Of a stretch of DNA of 20,000 nucleotides, positions 1-9,227 are shown in pieces; the first letter of the stretch is position 1, and the number at the start of each line of letters is the position of its first letter. The DNA lies in assembly GCA_964347325.1 (NCBI GenBank), contig CAYFYA010000002.1, positions 44,812 to 64,811 on the forward strand, in the 5' to 3' direction. A program made the translations under genes and the position numbers. This DNA is from an uncultured Methanomassiliicoccales archaeon. Lineage in GTDB: Archaea > Thermoplasmatota > Thermoplasmata > RBG-16-68-12 > JAJISG01. The notes under the pieces were generated by a model. That model searched no databases, was not told where the DNA came from, and was given only the letters and a program-made list of their open reading frames with translations.

Positions 1-313
1 GAGTCAACAGGAACACGGGGATGACCACGAGGCCCGCTAGGATGGGGACCACCAGGACGGCAGCCATCTGGAGGTCAACTCCCGCCCAGGAGGTGGCGGA
101 AACCAACACGTTGAGGCCTGGAAACTCAGGGTAGGTCAGCCCCCATCCGAGATACAGATCGGGGAGGGGTGATCCCATGGCCAGGGTCCTGGTAACGCCG
201 AAGTACTCGCCGAAATCGGCTCCCCAGTAGAGATACTGCGTGACGGGCACGAGCCTCAGGTATACGGAAAAGAGCGTAACCGAGAGCAGGGCAAAGAGGG
301 TGGACCGCCGCAC
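1..313 (-). CDS. Multi-pass membrane protein, partial (C-terminal part lies off the window); possibly glycosyltransferase/polysaccharide related
   Basis: Reverse-strand frame VRRSTLFALLSVTLFSVYLRLVPVTQYLYWGADFGEYFGVTRTLAMGSPLPDLYLGWGLTYPEFPGLNVLVSATSWAGVDLQMAAVLVVPILAGLVVIPVFLL is open to the window edge and hydrophobic. GTG start at 313 lies about 26 nt downstream of TATA-like CTTTATTAG (335..343). The ORF-track entry 126..323(-) is in a different frame. Confidence 0.65.
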   Translation of the reverse strand, partial: MRRSTLFALLSVTLFSVYLRLVPVTQYLYWGADFGEYFGVTRTLAMGSPLPDLYLGWGLTYPEFPGLNVLVSATSWAGVDLQMAAVLVVPILAGLVVIPVFLLT

Positions 314-408
314 GAGCCCCCATCTGAGGTGTGGCTAATAAAGGGCCCGGGGCGTAGATACCGTCGAGTTCCGGAAACGTATAAGGAGAGAGACCCGCTC
401 CCTGAGGC

Positions 409-1491
409 GTGCGGCTGGCCGTCTTGCACGATTACCTGGACAAGATTGGTGGTGGAGAGAGGCTCGCGCTGCTGCTGGCAAAACGCCTCGACGCCGACTT
501 CTACACCACCAACCTGAAGCCCGAGGCCGTGATGAAGATGGCCTCCCATCAAGCCCGCCTTCACGATCTGGGCAGTCTCATTCCAGTACCTCTCGTCAAG
601 CAGGTGCAGGCCTCATATCGATTCTACACGTGTCGCGTCGGGGACTACGACGCCTATATCTTCAGCGGTAACTGGGCGCATTACGCCTCTCGGCGACACC
701 ACCCAAGCATCTTCTACTGCCATACCCCCGTCCGCGCCTTCTACGATCAGAGGGATGCCATGGTCGGTCGCCTTCCATGGTGGCAGCGTCCCGCCTTCCG
801 AGCGTGGACCGCATGTCATGCCCGCTTCGACGGCTCCTCCGTCCGCCGAGTCTCGCGGATCGTGGCAAATAGCGACAACGTCCGTCGAAGAGTTGAGCGG
901 TACTACGGGAGGGAGGCCGCAGTGGTTCATCCTCCCCTCATGACCCGGGGTCTCCGCTACAAGGAGGTGGGAGACTTTTGGCTCAGCATCAACCGGCTAT
1001 ACCCCGAGAAGCGCATCGACCTTCAGCTGGAGATCTTCAGGCGGCTACCTTCAGAGAGGCTTGTGATAGTCGGGGAGTGGACGGAGGGGGACCACAGCGG
1101 CCGATACGTGAGAGGTCTGAGGCCGCCAGCAAACGTCGAGCTGGTCGGCCAGCTAGACGAGGAGTCTCTGGTGGACCTCTACTCTCGCTGTCGTGGCTTG
1201 ATTGCCACGGCGATGGACGAGGACTTTGGCCTTACACCGGTAGAGGCAATGGCAGCCGGGAAAGCGGTCCTCGCCACGCGAGAGGGCGGATACCTGGAGA
1301 GCGTCGTCGACGGCGAGACGGGCTGGCTCCTCCCCGCAGAGGCGGGAGCCTTTGTGGAGAAGATCAACACGTTGGATGAGGACACGCTTGTGGCCATGAG
1401 GTCGGCGTGTGAGGCCAGAGCGCTCCTCTTCGGAGAGGACCGGTTCATCGGCCGCATGCGCGCCATCCTGGAAGAGGTAGCATCCTCGTGA
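409..1491 (+). CDS. Glycosyltransferase family 4 (GT-B) protein
   Basis: 360 aa ORF: N-terminal MRLAVLHDYLDKIGGGERLALLLAKRL, and C-terminal GLIATAMDEDFGLTPVEAMAAGKAVLATREGGYLESVVDGETGWLL, which is the GT4 nucleotide-sugar binding signature. GTG start about 27 nt after CGTATAAG. Confidence 0.93.
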   Translation: MRLAVLHDYLDKIGGGERLALLLAKRLDADFYTTNLKPEAVMKMASHQARLHDLGSLIPVPLVKQVQASYRFYTCRVGDYDAYIFSGNWAHYASRRHHPSIFYCHTPVRAFYDQRDAMVGRLPWWQRPAFRAWTACHARFDGSSVRRVSRIVANSDNVRRRVERYYGREAAVVHPPLMTRGLRYKEVGDFWLSINRLYPEKRIDLQLEIFRRLPSERLVIVGEWTEGDHSGRYVRGLRPPANVELVGQLDEESLVDLYSRCRGLIATAMDEDFGLTPVEAMAAGKAVLATREGGYLESVVDGETGWLLPAEAGAFVEKINTLDEDTLVAMRSACEARALLFGEDRFIGRMRAILEEVASS

Positions 1492-1539
1492 GGCTCCTCG
1501 CCGCCTTGGGTTGACAAAGGTGCCCAGGTGGCGATTGGG

Positions 1540-2673
1540 CTATTCAGTGGTTGCCGGTCCCTCAGTGACGGATTCCACGATCGTCATAGCCCTGTCGATC
1601 ATCTCGAGGGAGGCCGCGTAAGAGAAGCGAAGGTGTCCCTCCCCCCTGTCACCGAAGGCGGAGCCGGGACTGCAGACAACGCCGGCCTTGAGGAGGCTCA
1701 GTGCGAACTCCTCCGATCCCACCGGGTAGTCGAAGGAGGGGAAGGCATAGAAGGCACCTCCAGGGAGGAGACAGTGGAAACCGGCTAGGGAGTTCAGCCT
1801 CCTCACAATGAACTCCCTACGACGGCGGAACTCCTCCAACATCTCCTTCAGGTACTCCTCGGCGCCATCGATGCCCGTCAGGACCGCGTATTGGGCGGGG
1901 GTGGGAGGACAGGCCACCATGTAGTAGTGGACCTTCGCCATGGTCTTGATGAACTCCCTTTTCGTGATCAGGTAGCCCAGTCTCCAGCCCGTCATGGAGA
2001 AAACCTTGGAGAAGGAGTTCACGTAGACCACGTCTTCCGTACGCCCCAGGAAGGACTCGTGGTCCCCCTCATAGACGATTCGATCGTATACCTCGTCGGC
2101 TATCAGGAGTAGGTCGTTGGCCTCCGCAAAGGCGGCCAAGGCGTCAACCTCCTTCCTCCTCATCACGCTCCCCGTAGGGTTGGAGGGGGTGTTGACGATG
2201 ATGGCCTTAGTCTTGGGAGTGACCATGGACTCAAGCTCCTCGAGCACGGGAAGGAAGCCGTTCTTCTCCAGCACAGAGTAGTAGACGGGAACGCCTCCGG
2301 CAAGGCGGATGTGGGGTGCGAAGAGGACGAAGCCGGGATCAGGCGTCAGCACCTCGTCTCCAGGGTCGACGAAGACCTGCATGGTCATCGCCAGGGCCTC
2401 CGTGGCTCCTACCGTTATGAGTACGTTCTCGGCGGTCACGTCCGCCTGGGAGGAGTGAGTCTCGGCCAGGGCTTCGCGCAGCTCCGGCAGTCCTCCCGTG
2501 GGTCCGTACTTGTTGTAGCCCAGATCCAGGGCCTTCTTCATGGCGTCGAGAATCGTGGCGGGCGGCTGAAAGTCAGGTTCGCCCAGGCCGAGATTTATCG
2601 TGTCGGAGCCAGCCAGGTCGAACATCTTCCGGATCCCCGACATTCTAAGGTGGCGGGCCCTCTCGGCGAACAC
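1540..2673 (-). CDS. Pyridoxal-phosphate-dependent aminotransferase, class I/II (aspartate aminotransferase-like)
   Basis: GLGEPDFQPPATILDAMKKAL, YGPTGGLPELREAL, NTPSNPTGSV and SFSKVFSMTGWRLGY (PLP lysine motif). The ORF opens at 2817, but GTG at 2673 (FAERARHLRMSGIRKMFDLAG...) is favoured by homology style and a TATA-like GTTAAT about 27 nt upstream; ATG 2643 is an alternative. Confidence 0.92.
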   Translation of the reverse strand: MFAERARHLRMSGIRKMFDLAGSDTINLGLGEPDFQPPATILDAMKKALDLGYNKYGPTGGLPELREALAETHSSQADVTAENVLITVGATEALAMTMQVFVDPGDEVLTPDPGFVLFAPHIRLAGGVPVYYSVLEKNGFLPVLEELESMVTPKTKAIIVNTPSNPTGSVMRRKEVDALAAFAEANDLLLIADEVYDRIVYEGDHESFLGRTEDVVYVNSFSKVFSMTGWRLGYLITKREFIKTMAKVHYYMVACPPTPAQYAVLTGIDGAEEYLKEMLEEFRRRREFIVRRLNSLAGFHCLLPGGAFYAFPSFDYPVGSEEFALSLLKAGVVCSPGSAFGDRGEGHLRFSYAASLEMIDRAMTIVESVTEGPATTE

Positions 2674-2770
2674 GATGGATAGAAACCACCTCCCGGCATT
2701 AACTCTTCGAGACAGGGCTTGACAGGGTGTCCTACAGCTTTTTGTACGTGAAGGAGTTGGCATCCCTCGC

Positions 2771-3037
2771 ATGGCCGATAGGTGCCCGCGCTGTCGTTTC
2801 CGACTCGACGACTCCAAGTCACTGGCTTGTCCTAACTGCGGTTACTCCCTCCGCTGGCCTGCGGTGGGCAAGGTCGGGGTCCTCCTTACAATCGTCGGCT
2901 TCCTCGCGTTACTCGCTCCCATCTTCATCGAGGATCTGTGGATCGAAGCCGTCGCTGGCGGCATCGGGGCCATCGCTATAGGTTTGGCGGCTGTATTGGC
3001 TGCCAGTTGGATGATTGGGAGGGCGCGCGGGGCCTAG
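2771..3037 (+). CDS. Small double-zinc-ribbon protein with two predicted TM helices, function unknown
   Basis: MADRCPRCRFRLDDSKSLACPNCGYSLRW (CxxC...CxxC) followed by hydrophobic segments VGVLLTIVGFLALLAPIF and AVAGGIGAIAIGLAAVLAASWMIG. CTTTTTGT TATA-like element about 29 nt upstream. Confidence 0.7.
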   Translation: MADRCPRCRFRLDDSKSLACPNCGYSLRWPAVGKVGVLLTIVGFLALLAPIFIEDLWIEAVAGGIGAIAIGLAAVLAASWMIGRARGA

Positions 3038-6000
3038 AGGAAGTCCTCCAGCTTCGAGACCTGCTTGCTCTCGTCCTGGAAGGTGGACTCGATGGCCTCC
3101 TCTACGAGGCCCAATCGCTGCCTGAGGTAGTTGGAGATCCCGTACTCCTCGGAGATTCTCTTGGAGACATCAAGGTACTTGATGACGCTGGACCGGTGGA
3201 CCGTCATGGTGAGGTTCCCGCCGCAGTGGGGGCACTCGCCCTTCAGGGGAATCCGACGGTATTTGGAGTTGCACTTGGTACAACGGAACTGCTGACTGGT
3301 GAAGGCCTTGAGGTTCCCAATCAAGTCGGGCAAGAAGTGGAAGTTGATTATGCGCGAGACCACGTCCTCCTCGTTCACGGCCCTGATCTTCCTAGCGAGG
3401 GCGAGCTGACCCTCCATCTTCGCAATCATGTTCCCCTCCTTGTACGAGGAACGCAAGGGGGCCTCTGTGATGCTCCCCACCGGATGGGTGAAGGCGAAGC
3501 CCTCAAACTGGAGGAGGGTCCCTATGCGCTTCCTGACGGTGTCCAGCATCCCCTCCACCTCACGGGGATGGGCGAAGCGCTGCGCCGCCCTGAAGAACTC
3601 CAGGGGCAGGGAGGGGCAGACTTCCATGTTCTGGGCCTCCTTGTCGATCTCTCGCGGGTCGATCCGCGTGCTCAGGACCAGAGGGGCGTCCATGAGGCCT
3701 CCCCGCTTCTGAGGCAGAAAGGATCGACTGAAGTTCAGGAGGCCGTCCATTAGTAGGATAACCGAGTCCTCGTCGCCATCCGCGTCTCTCCTCTTAGCGG
3801 CGTGATAGAATGGATGACCGAAGCAGACGCGGGCGGGTGAGACGCCGATGATTCGCACCAGAACGCCAACGGAGGTGTGGGGGGCGAGACCAACAACGAG
3901 GTGTCCTACGAGGTCCTCGGGGCTCTCCAGGCTGTAGAAGGGCTCGAGGTCGTACGCCTTCACCAGCAGGTCGTCCACGAACTGGGCCACCCTGAAGAGG
4001 TACTCGGCACAGACCCTGGAGACGATGATGTCCTGGGGTTTCAGCTCCAGGAGCTGCTCCTCGGAGTCCAAGGGACCGCGCTCCCAGTCCTCCCCATATC
4101 CTAGGCGTATTGCCACTGCCACGGACAGACCCACTTCGGCGGGTTTGAAGTGGGTCAAGGGCAGGTTGGTCATGTCGAAGCGAGTCGTACCATCCTTGAA
4201 CACGAAGATACTGTGCTTTGCCCGTAGCAGCGCCTTCTCCAGTGCCTCCGGCGTCTTCGGAAGGGATATCATGCCCTGGACGAGCTTTACGCCATCGATC
4301 CTGCCCTCCCCTAGCGACTGAGCCGCCTGCTGATGGAGTTCCCGAAGAGGGATGGATTGCTGACGGGCCCTCCCCGTGTGCACCGTGTGGCCGCCGCAGG
4401 GGCATCGAGATAGGAACCATGACCTACCACACACCCCACACCTCCGCATCCCCACCTCCACGGTGACGTCTTCCTTGCCGAGGGCTTTCGACAACAGTCT
4501 CTGAGGGCCGCCCGCAGTGCCTATAGGGAAGAGACCATTGGGGGGTGGCCTCATCAACCTCTGCTTTGCCTTCTCGGGCCTCCCCATGCGGGCCCCGATT
4601 CGGGTAGGCGCCCGCGCCCGTACAGTGAGTCCGCCCAGCCGCGAGACGTACTCCAAAGAGTCCGAGGCCTCCACATCTTCCCTGAGGCTGAGGCCCTCTT
4701 CCTCAGAGTCGATTCCGAGACATCGGAGTAGAACCGTAGAGTGCCGTCCCACGACGACCTCATCCCCTTCTCTTTCGAAGGGTGCTCCCAGGGTCGTGAT
4801 GAGACCCACCAACTCCTCATCCGCGGGAATGATGAGGCGGTCGCCATCCATACGCCCAGTCTTCGCCACAATCCCTCGCAGATGTCTCAGTTCCGCCACG
4901 CTGACGTCGTGCCAAAAGAGGTTGTAGTTCGGGTGCAGAGGGACACCATGGGCTCCCGAGAGCTGGAAAGCTTCCTCGGGGCTGGGCTTCTCCCAGTGGT
5001 CGGGAAGGCTCTCAGTGGCCGCCTCGAGCTCCGCCCTGTACCAGTCGAGGCCGTAGGCCCCGGGGACCAAGGGATGGTTGTTCTCGAGGAACTCTCCGTA
5101 GGCTATGAGGATCTCGCCCAGATTCACGATGCTCTGCACCTCGTCACGGAGACGGTGGGCCTGTGCCAGGCTCGTTACCTCTACCAGGCTGCCGTCACGA
5201 AGGAGGACCAGCGGGCCTTCGATGGATGTACATGGGGCTACCGCTCCAGCCTTTCCGGGCCTCTCCACCTTCAGCTGAGTACCGACGGCGATGAAGTCGT
5301 CCAGGAGGTGCATGGTGGCCGGATGAAGACCGATGGCGGCAAGCCCGGTGCCCCTCGATCTCCCGTACCTCAGGCTGAAGCCACCCCTCTGACTGGGATG
5401 CGAGAGGACTGGCCTCCCTGCAAGGATGTTCTGGATAAACTTGTAGCTCGGCTCGACTCCGGGGCCCTCCTCCTCTCCCCTCCGGGTCCTGACATAGGGC
5501 CGCAAGAACTCCCAGCCATCTATCCCCAGCTTCCGGACATGCTTTAGGATCTTCGGGGCCTTGAGGCAAAGTCCTTCAGCGACGACGAGGCATGCCCCGC
5601 CCCGCACCCGATTCGTCTCGACCCGCGGGAGGTCGCGGTAACCGCTGATCTCCTGCTCCTCAGTGCCCTCTCCGTTTATCCCGACAGGGCAGTTGCTCAC
5701 GACGAGCTCGATCTCCTCCTCCGTGGGAGTGTATTGTAGGTGCTGGAGCTGCTTGTAGACGGGCACCTCCTCCTTGAATCGCTCCACCTCCTCCCTGGTG
5801 GCTCTGTAGGCGCCGATGCCGAGCTCTCGCCGGACCACGTCGGCGATGAGGACGCTCAGGGCTTGGGCAGTTCCTCCCGCGGATCGAATGGGTCCTGCGT
5901 AGTACACATCCAGGTAGGTGCTCCCGTCTTGGTTTCTCTTCACCTTCACGCCCGCCAACCCCTCCAGGGGGGCCACGACGACGCCTTCCGTGAGCAGGGC

Positions 6001-6330
6001 GAGACCGGCCCTGAGAGCCCTCTCGATGCCCTCCTCCACGCTTCTGGCAGGCTGGGTCGCGAGCTCCTTCGCCATGATCAGCGAGGTCTCCTCTCGATCG
6101 TGATCCTTGCTCAACTCCCGTATCCGCTCGGCAACGCCCTCCACGCCGTACTCCTTCAGCAAGCTCTCGACCCGACTGGGGAGGTCCTCGGCTCGAAGAA
6201 TCTCGACGTGGAGCTCCGGGTCCAGCCCCCTTGCTCGAGCCTCGGAGGCAATCTCATAACATCGCCGGGCCTGGGCATCCAGACCTTCGAGATAATCGCC
6301 TATCTCCTTGCTGCAATGGAGGTTCCCCAT
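3034..6330 (-). CDS. polC: Archaeal DNA polymerase II (PolD) large subunit DP2, intein-free
   Basis: 1098 aa from MGNLHCSKEIGDYLEGLDAQ. Contains GPIRSAGGTAQALSVLIADVVR, NCPVGINGEGTEEQEISGYRDLPRVETNRVRGG, RMGRPEKAKQR, AAKRRDADGDEDSVILLMDGLLNFSRSFLPQKRGGLMDAPLVL, and C-terminal zinc fingers CTKCNSKYRRIPLKGECPHCGG. The start at 6330 is preferred over 6423 because of CTTTATAGG at 6368..6376. Confidence 0.97.
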   Translation of the reverse strand: MGNLHCSKEIGDYLEGLDAQARRCYEIASEARARGLDPELHVEILRAEDLPSRVESLLKEYGVEGVAERIRELSKDHDREETSLIMAKELATQPARSVEEGIERALRAGLALLTEGVVVAPLEGLAGVKVKRNQDGSTYLDVYYAGPIRSAGGTAQALSVLIADVVRRELGIGAYRATREEVERFKEEVPVYKQLQHLQYTPTEEEIELVVSNCPVGINGEGTEEQEISGYRDLPRVETNRVRGGACLVVAEGLCLKAPKILKHVRKLGIDGWEFLRPYVRTRRGEEEGPGVEPSYKFIQNILAGRPVLSHPSQRGGFSLRYGRSRGTGLAAIGLHPATMHLLDDFIAVGTQLKVERPGKAGAVAPCTSIEGPLVLLRDGSLVEVTSLAQAHRLRDEVQSIVNLGEILIAYGEFLENNHPLVPGAYGLDWYRAELEAATESLPDHWEKPSPEEAFQLSGAHGVPLHPNYNLFWHDVSVAELRHLRGIVAKTGRMDGDRLIIPADEELVGLITTLGAPFEREGDEVVVGRHSTVLLRCLGIDSEEEGLSLREDVEASDSLEYVSRLGGLTVRARAPTRIGARMGRPEKAKQRLMRPPPNGLFPIGTAGGPQRLLSKALGKEDVTVEVGMRRCGVCGRSWFLSRCPCGGHTVHTGRARQQSIPLRELHQQAAQSLGEGRIDGVKLVQGMISLPKTPEALEKALLRAKHSIFVFKDGTTRFDMTNLPLTHFKPAEVGLSVAVAIRLGYGEDWERGPLDSEEQLLELKPQDIIVSRVCAEYLFRVAQFVDDLLVKAYDLEPFYSLESPEDLVGHLVVGLAPHTSVGVLVRIIGVSPARVCFGHPFYHAAKRRDADGDEDSVILLMDGLLNFSRSFLPQKRGGLMDAPLVLSTRIDPREIDKEAQNMEVCPSLPLEFFRAAQRFAHPREVEGMLDTVRKRIGTLLQFEGFAFTHPVGSITEAPLRSSYKEGNMIAKMEGQLALARKIRAVNEEDVVSRIINFHFLPDLIGNLKAFTSQQFRCTKCNSKYRRIPLKGECPHCGGNLTMTVHRSSVIKYLDVSKRISEEYGISNYLRQRLGLVEEAIESTFQDESKQVSKLEDFL

Positions 6331-6437
6331 CCCACCACTCAAGAATCCGAAAGGGAATGGAGAGCGGCCTATAAAGCCTCTGCCGAGCCGACTCGCACGG
6401 GTCCGTTTGATATAGTGGTCCAAGCTAACTAAGTTGG

Positions 6438-6767
6438 ATGGCTAGCCCGACACCCACGGTCGACTTCAAGGACGATGTCCTCGAGTCCGAAGTCCCCGTC
6501 GTTGCCCTCTTCCACGCCAGATGGTGTGGCTTCTGCAGTTCGTTTCTGCCCACCTTCCGAGGCGTGAGGGCCGACGGGTTCAGGCTGGTGGAGGTGGACA
6601 TCAGCGACTATGATAGCCCCCTCTGGGATACCTACGGTATCGAGATAGTTCCGACCCTCATCGCCTTCGATCAGGGGGTCGTCATTGACCGGGTCGACGG
6701 TCGCTTCATGAGCGGACTCAGCGAGGATGACCTGGAGAGGATTGTTGAGGCCGTGCAGAAGCGTTAG
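6438..6767 (+). CDS. Thioredoxin-like protein
   Basis: VVALFHARWCGFCSSFLPTF (WCxxC active site), followed by GIEIVPTLIAF (cis-Pro motif). TATA-like TTGATATAG (about 6407..6415) about 27 nt upstream. Confidence 0.92.
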   Translation: MASPTPTVDFKDDVLESEVPVVALFHARWCGFCSSFLPTFRGVRADGFRLVEVDISDYDSPLWDTYGIEIVPTLIAFDQGVVIDRVDGRFMSGLSEDDLERIVEAVQKR

Positions 6768-6876
6768 GGAAGGGCTGACAGCGTTCCGCGGACCGAGAGG
6801 CCGTTAAAGCGGCACGGTTTACCGTTGTGCCCCTAGGCATAGCCCGGAGGCACTAGGCTCCGTACCTAGGCCAGAG

Positions 6877-7006
6877 GACCACGACCCTTCCGGGCCAAGC
6901 TTCCCACGGGCTCGCGCACCGCAGTACCTCAGGGAACGCAGGCGGGCTTAACTTCCGGGTTCGGGATGGGACCGGGTGTATCCCCGCCGCTTTGGCCGTC
7001 AAACCC
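6877..7006 (-). rRNA. rrf: 5S ribosomal RNA, solitary (ends approximate)
   Basis: Reverse strand GGUUUGACGGCCAAAGCGGCGGGGAUACACCCGGUCCCAUCCCGAACCCGGAAGUUAAGCCCGCCUGCGUUCCCUGAGGUACUGCGGUGCGCGAGCCCGUGGGAAGCUUGG... carries the hallmark archaeal 5S segments CCCAUCCCGAAC, GGAAGUUAAGCCC, GUACUG...GUGCGCGAG and UGGGAA. Proposed helix I is GG-UUU-ACGGCC / GGUCGU-GG-CC. Upstream TATA-like TTTAATAT at 7033..7040. Confidence 0.9.
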
Positions 7007-7032
7007 TTCCCGCACTCATCAACTTCAGCGGG

Positions 7033-7040
7033 ATATTAAA
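7033..7040 (-). promoter_or_regulatory. TATA box for the 5S rRNA gene
   Basis: Reverse strand TTTAATAT, about 26 nt upstream of a predicted transcript start near 7010. Confidence 0.55.
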
Positions 7041-7129
7041 CCTTCTGCCCATTGGTCCACGGTGCTTCCCAAACTCTCCCTCAGGCCAGACGGAGATAGG
7101 AACCCAGTCTCGAAGAGGGAAAGGGAGCT

Positions 7130-9160
7130 CTAGACGACTCCAGCAAGCAATAGAAACAGTGGTGCGAAGATGACCGCAACTTTGCCAACCAGCTTGATTA
7201 GGATGTTCAGCGACGGTCCCGCCGTGTCTTTGAAAGGATCTCCAACGGTGTCCCCAATCACGGCGGCCTTGTGGGCTTCTCCACCTTTCCCGCCGAGAAT
7301 CCCTGACTCTATGAGTTTCTTCGCGTTATCCCAGGCGCCGCCAGCGTTGGCCATTGCCACCGCCAGTAGGAAGCCGGAGAACAGAGCTCCTAGGAGGAGG
7401 CCCGCTAGCGCCTCTCGACCGAGTAGGAATCCCATGGCCAGGGGCACCGAGATCACGATGATGCCGGGAAGGAACATGGACTTGATAGCCCTCCGAGTTA
7501 CGAGGGATACGCAGGTCTCGTAATCTGCCTCGGCAGTTCCCTCTCTCAGTCCCGGGATCTCCCGGAACTGCCTTCGGACCTCCCCCACCACTTCGAAGGC
7601 CCCACGGCTGACAGCCTTCAGGGTGAGGGCGGAGAACAGGGCGGCCAGCATGGCCCCCACTAGGAGGCCCGCAACAACCCTTACGTCGCTGGCAATGAAG
7701 TCAGTCACTTCCGCGACCTCCAGATACGTGACGATCCAAGCCAGGGAGGCCAGGGCGGCGGAAGCGATGGCGAAGCCCTTCCCGATGGCAGCGGTGGTGT
7801 TCCCCACGGCGTCCAGAGCTTCCGATCTTTCGCGGGCCTCCTCTCCCAGGCCCGCCATCTCCGCTATGCCCGCCGCGTTGTCCGCTATCGGCCCATAGGC
7901 GTCGGTAGAGAGGAGCATGGCAAGGGTGAGAAGCATCCCAACGGAGGCGATGGCTACGCCGTAGAAGCCGGCGAAGAAGAAGGCTACCCAGGTGGCCACG
8001 GCCACTACCACCACAGGGACGACGGTACTGAGGAGACCCGATGAGAGTCCTTCGATGATGTTGATGGCTGCGCCCCTTCTGCTAGCCTCGGCGATGGCCC
8101 TTACAGGTCCATACTCGGAAGTGAAGTACTGCGTAGCAAGGCCGATTACTGAGCCAGCGATGAGCCCACTCACCATGGCAACGAACGGCCCAATGCCAGC
8201 ATCCCCCATCACCCCCGTGAAGGTGACGTATCCAAGCACGATGGTCAGTCCAGTGCTGACATAAACGCCCCGGTTCAGGGCCGATCTGGTCGCCCTGGCC
8301 TCCTTCTCATAGTCCTCCGGGACCTCCCTGGGTCTGACCACGGAGATGCCAACTATGGACGCGGCCAGCCCTGCTGCTCCCAGCAGAAGAGGCAGAAGAG
8401 CGCTCAGGGGGCCGAGGGTATCGTACAGCGTGACCACGCCCAGGACCATGGCCGCCGCCAGGGCCGAGACGTAGGACTCATAGAGGTCGGAGCCCATGCC
8501 AGCGACGTCGCCCACGTTGTCCCCAACATTGTCCGCTATGACTGCCGGGTTCCTTGGGTCGTCCTCCGGGATTCCGGCCTCAACCTTTCCCACCAGGTCC
8601 GCCCCCACGTCGGCGCTCTTGGTGAAGATCCCACCCCCGACCCTCAAGAAGAGCGCTACCGAACTCGCACCGAAGGCGTAGCCAAGCCAGATCTCACGAT
8701 CGTGGGGACCCCCTCCCTGGAAGAAGAGAAAGATGCTCGTCAGTCCCAGGAGGCCCAGCGCCACGGAGAGAGAGCCCATGACCGCTCCGCCGTAGAAGGC
8801 TGTTCGCATCCCGTGACTGAAGCTTGCCCGAACCACGTTGGCGGTCCTCACGTTGGCCCGCGTGGCAATCCACATGCCGATGTAGCCAGATCCCAGGGAG
8901 GCGGCGGTGCCTATGGCAAAGGCGAGGGCAACGGAGGGTTCGATGAAGGCCGCCAGGATGACGGCCATGGAGCCGGAGAAGAGAAGGATGGCCATCAGCT
9001 CGCGCCGAAGGAAGACCGAGGCACCCCCCCTTATGGCCGCGGCGATCCTGATCATCCTCTCGCTACCCTCCTCTCTGCGAAGGATGTAGAGGATCAGGCC
9101 TGCAGCGAAGACCAGTCCCAGGCCGCTAACTACAATTGGCAGGAGGTAGAGCAGTATCAT
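7130..9160 (-). CDS. hppA: Membrane-bound ion-pumping pyrophosphatase, K+-dependent-type signature
   Basis: [58 protein letters not shown] (PPase catalytic motif), [18 protein letters not shown] (Ala/Gly at the K+-dependence positions, versus Lys/Thr in K+-independent enzymes) and [22 protein letters not shown]. Start chosen at [13 protein letters not shown] (9160). Confidence 0.96.
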   Translation of the reverse strand: MILLYLLPIVVSGLGLVFAAGLILYILRREEGSERMIRIAAAIRGGASVFLRRELMAILLFSGSMAVILAAFIEPSVALAFAIGTAASLGSGYIGMWIATRANVRTANVVRASFSHGMRTAFYGGAVMGSLSVALGLLGLTSIFLFFQGGGPHDREIWLGYAFGASSVALFLRVGGGIFTKSADVGADLVGKVEAGIPEDDPRNPAVIADNVGDNVGDVAGMGSDLYESYVSALAAAMVLGVVTLYDTLGPLSALLPLLLGAAGLAASIVGISVVRPREVPEDYEKEARATRSALNRGVYVSTGLTIVLGYVTFTGVMGDAGIGPFVAMVSGLIAGSVIGLATQYFTSEYGPVRAIAEASRRGAAINIIEGLSSGLLSTVVPVVVVAVATWVAFFFAGFYGVAIASVGMLLTLAMLLSTDAYGPIADNAAGIAEMAGLGEEARERSEALDAVGNTTAAIGKGFAIASAALASLAWIVTYLEVAEVTDFIASDVRVVAGLLVGAMLAALFSALTLKAVSRGAFEVVGEVRRQFREIPGLREGTAEADYETCVSLVTRRAIKSMFLPGIIVISVPLAMGFLLGREALAGLLLGALFSGFLLAVAMANAGGAWDNAKKLIESGILGGKGGEAHKAAVIGDTVGDPFKDTAGPSLNILIKLVGKVAVIFAPLFLLLAGVV

Positions 9161-9227
9161 GGAGTTCAGCCGAGATCGGCGGGTGCAGAAGGAAGGGGGC
9201 CATATAAGTCCTGGGTCACGGGCCGCC

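Noticed and set aside
126-323. ORF MGARAAVHPLCPALGYALF...
   Set aside because: Wrong frame; the adjacent frame gives a hydrophobic membrane protein open to the window edge with a correctly spaced TATA box.
3034-6330. Intein in the DP2 gene
   Set aside because: The usual insertion region reads straight through as AAKRRDADGDEDSVILLMDGLLNFSRSFLP with no insertion.
6781-6876. A second tRNA hidden in the structured region next to the 5S rRNA
   Set aside because: No TTCGA-type T-loop, no anticodon arm and no 7-bp acceptor stem on either strand.
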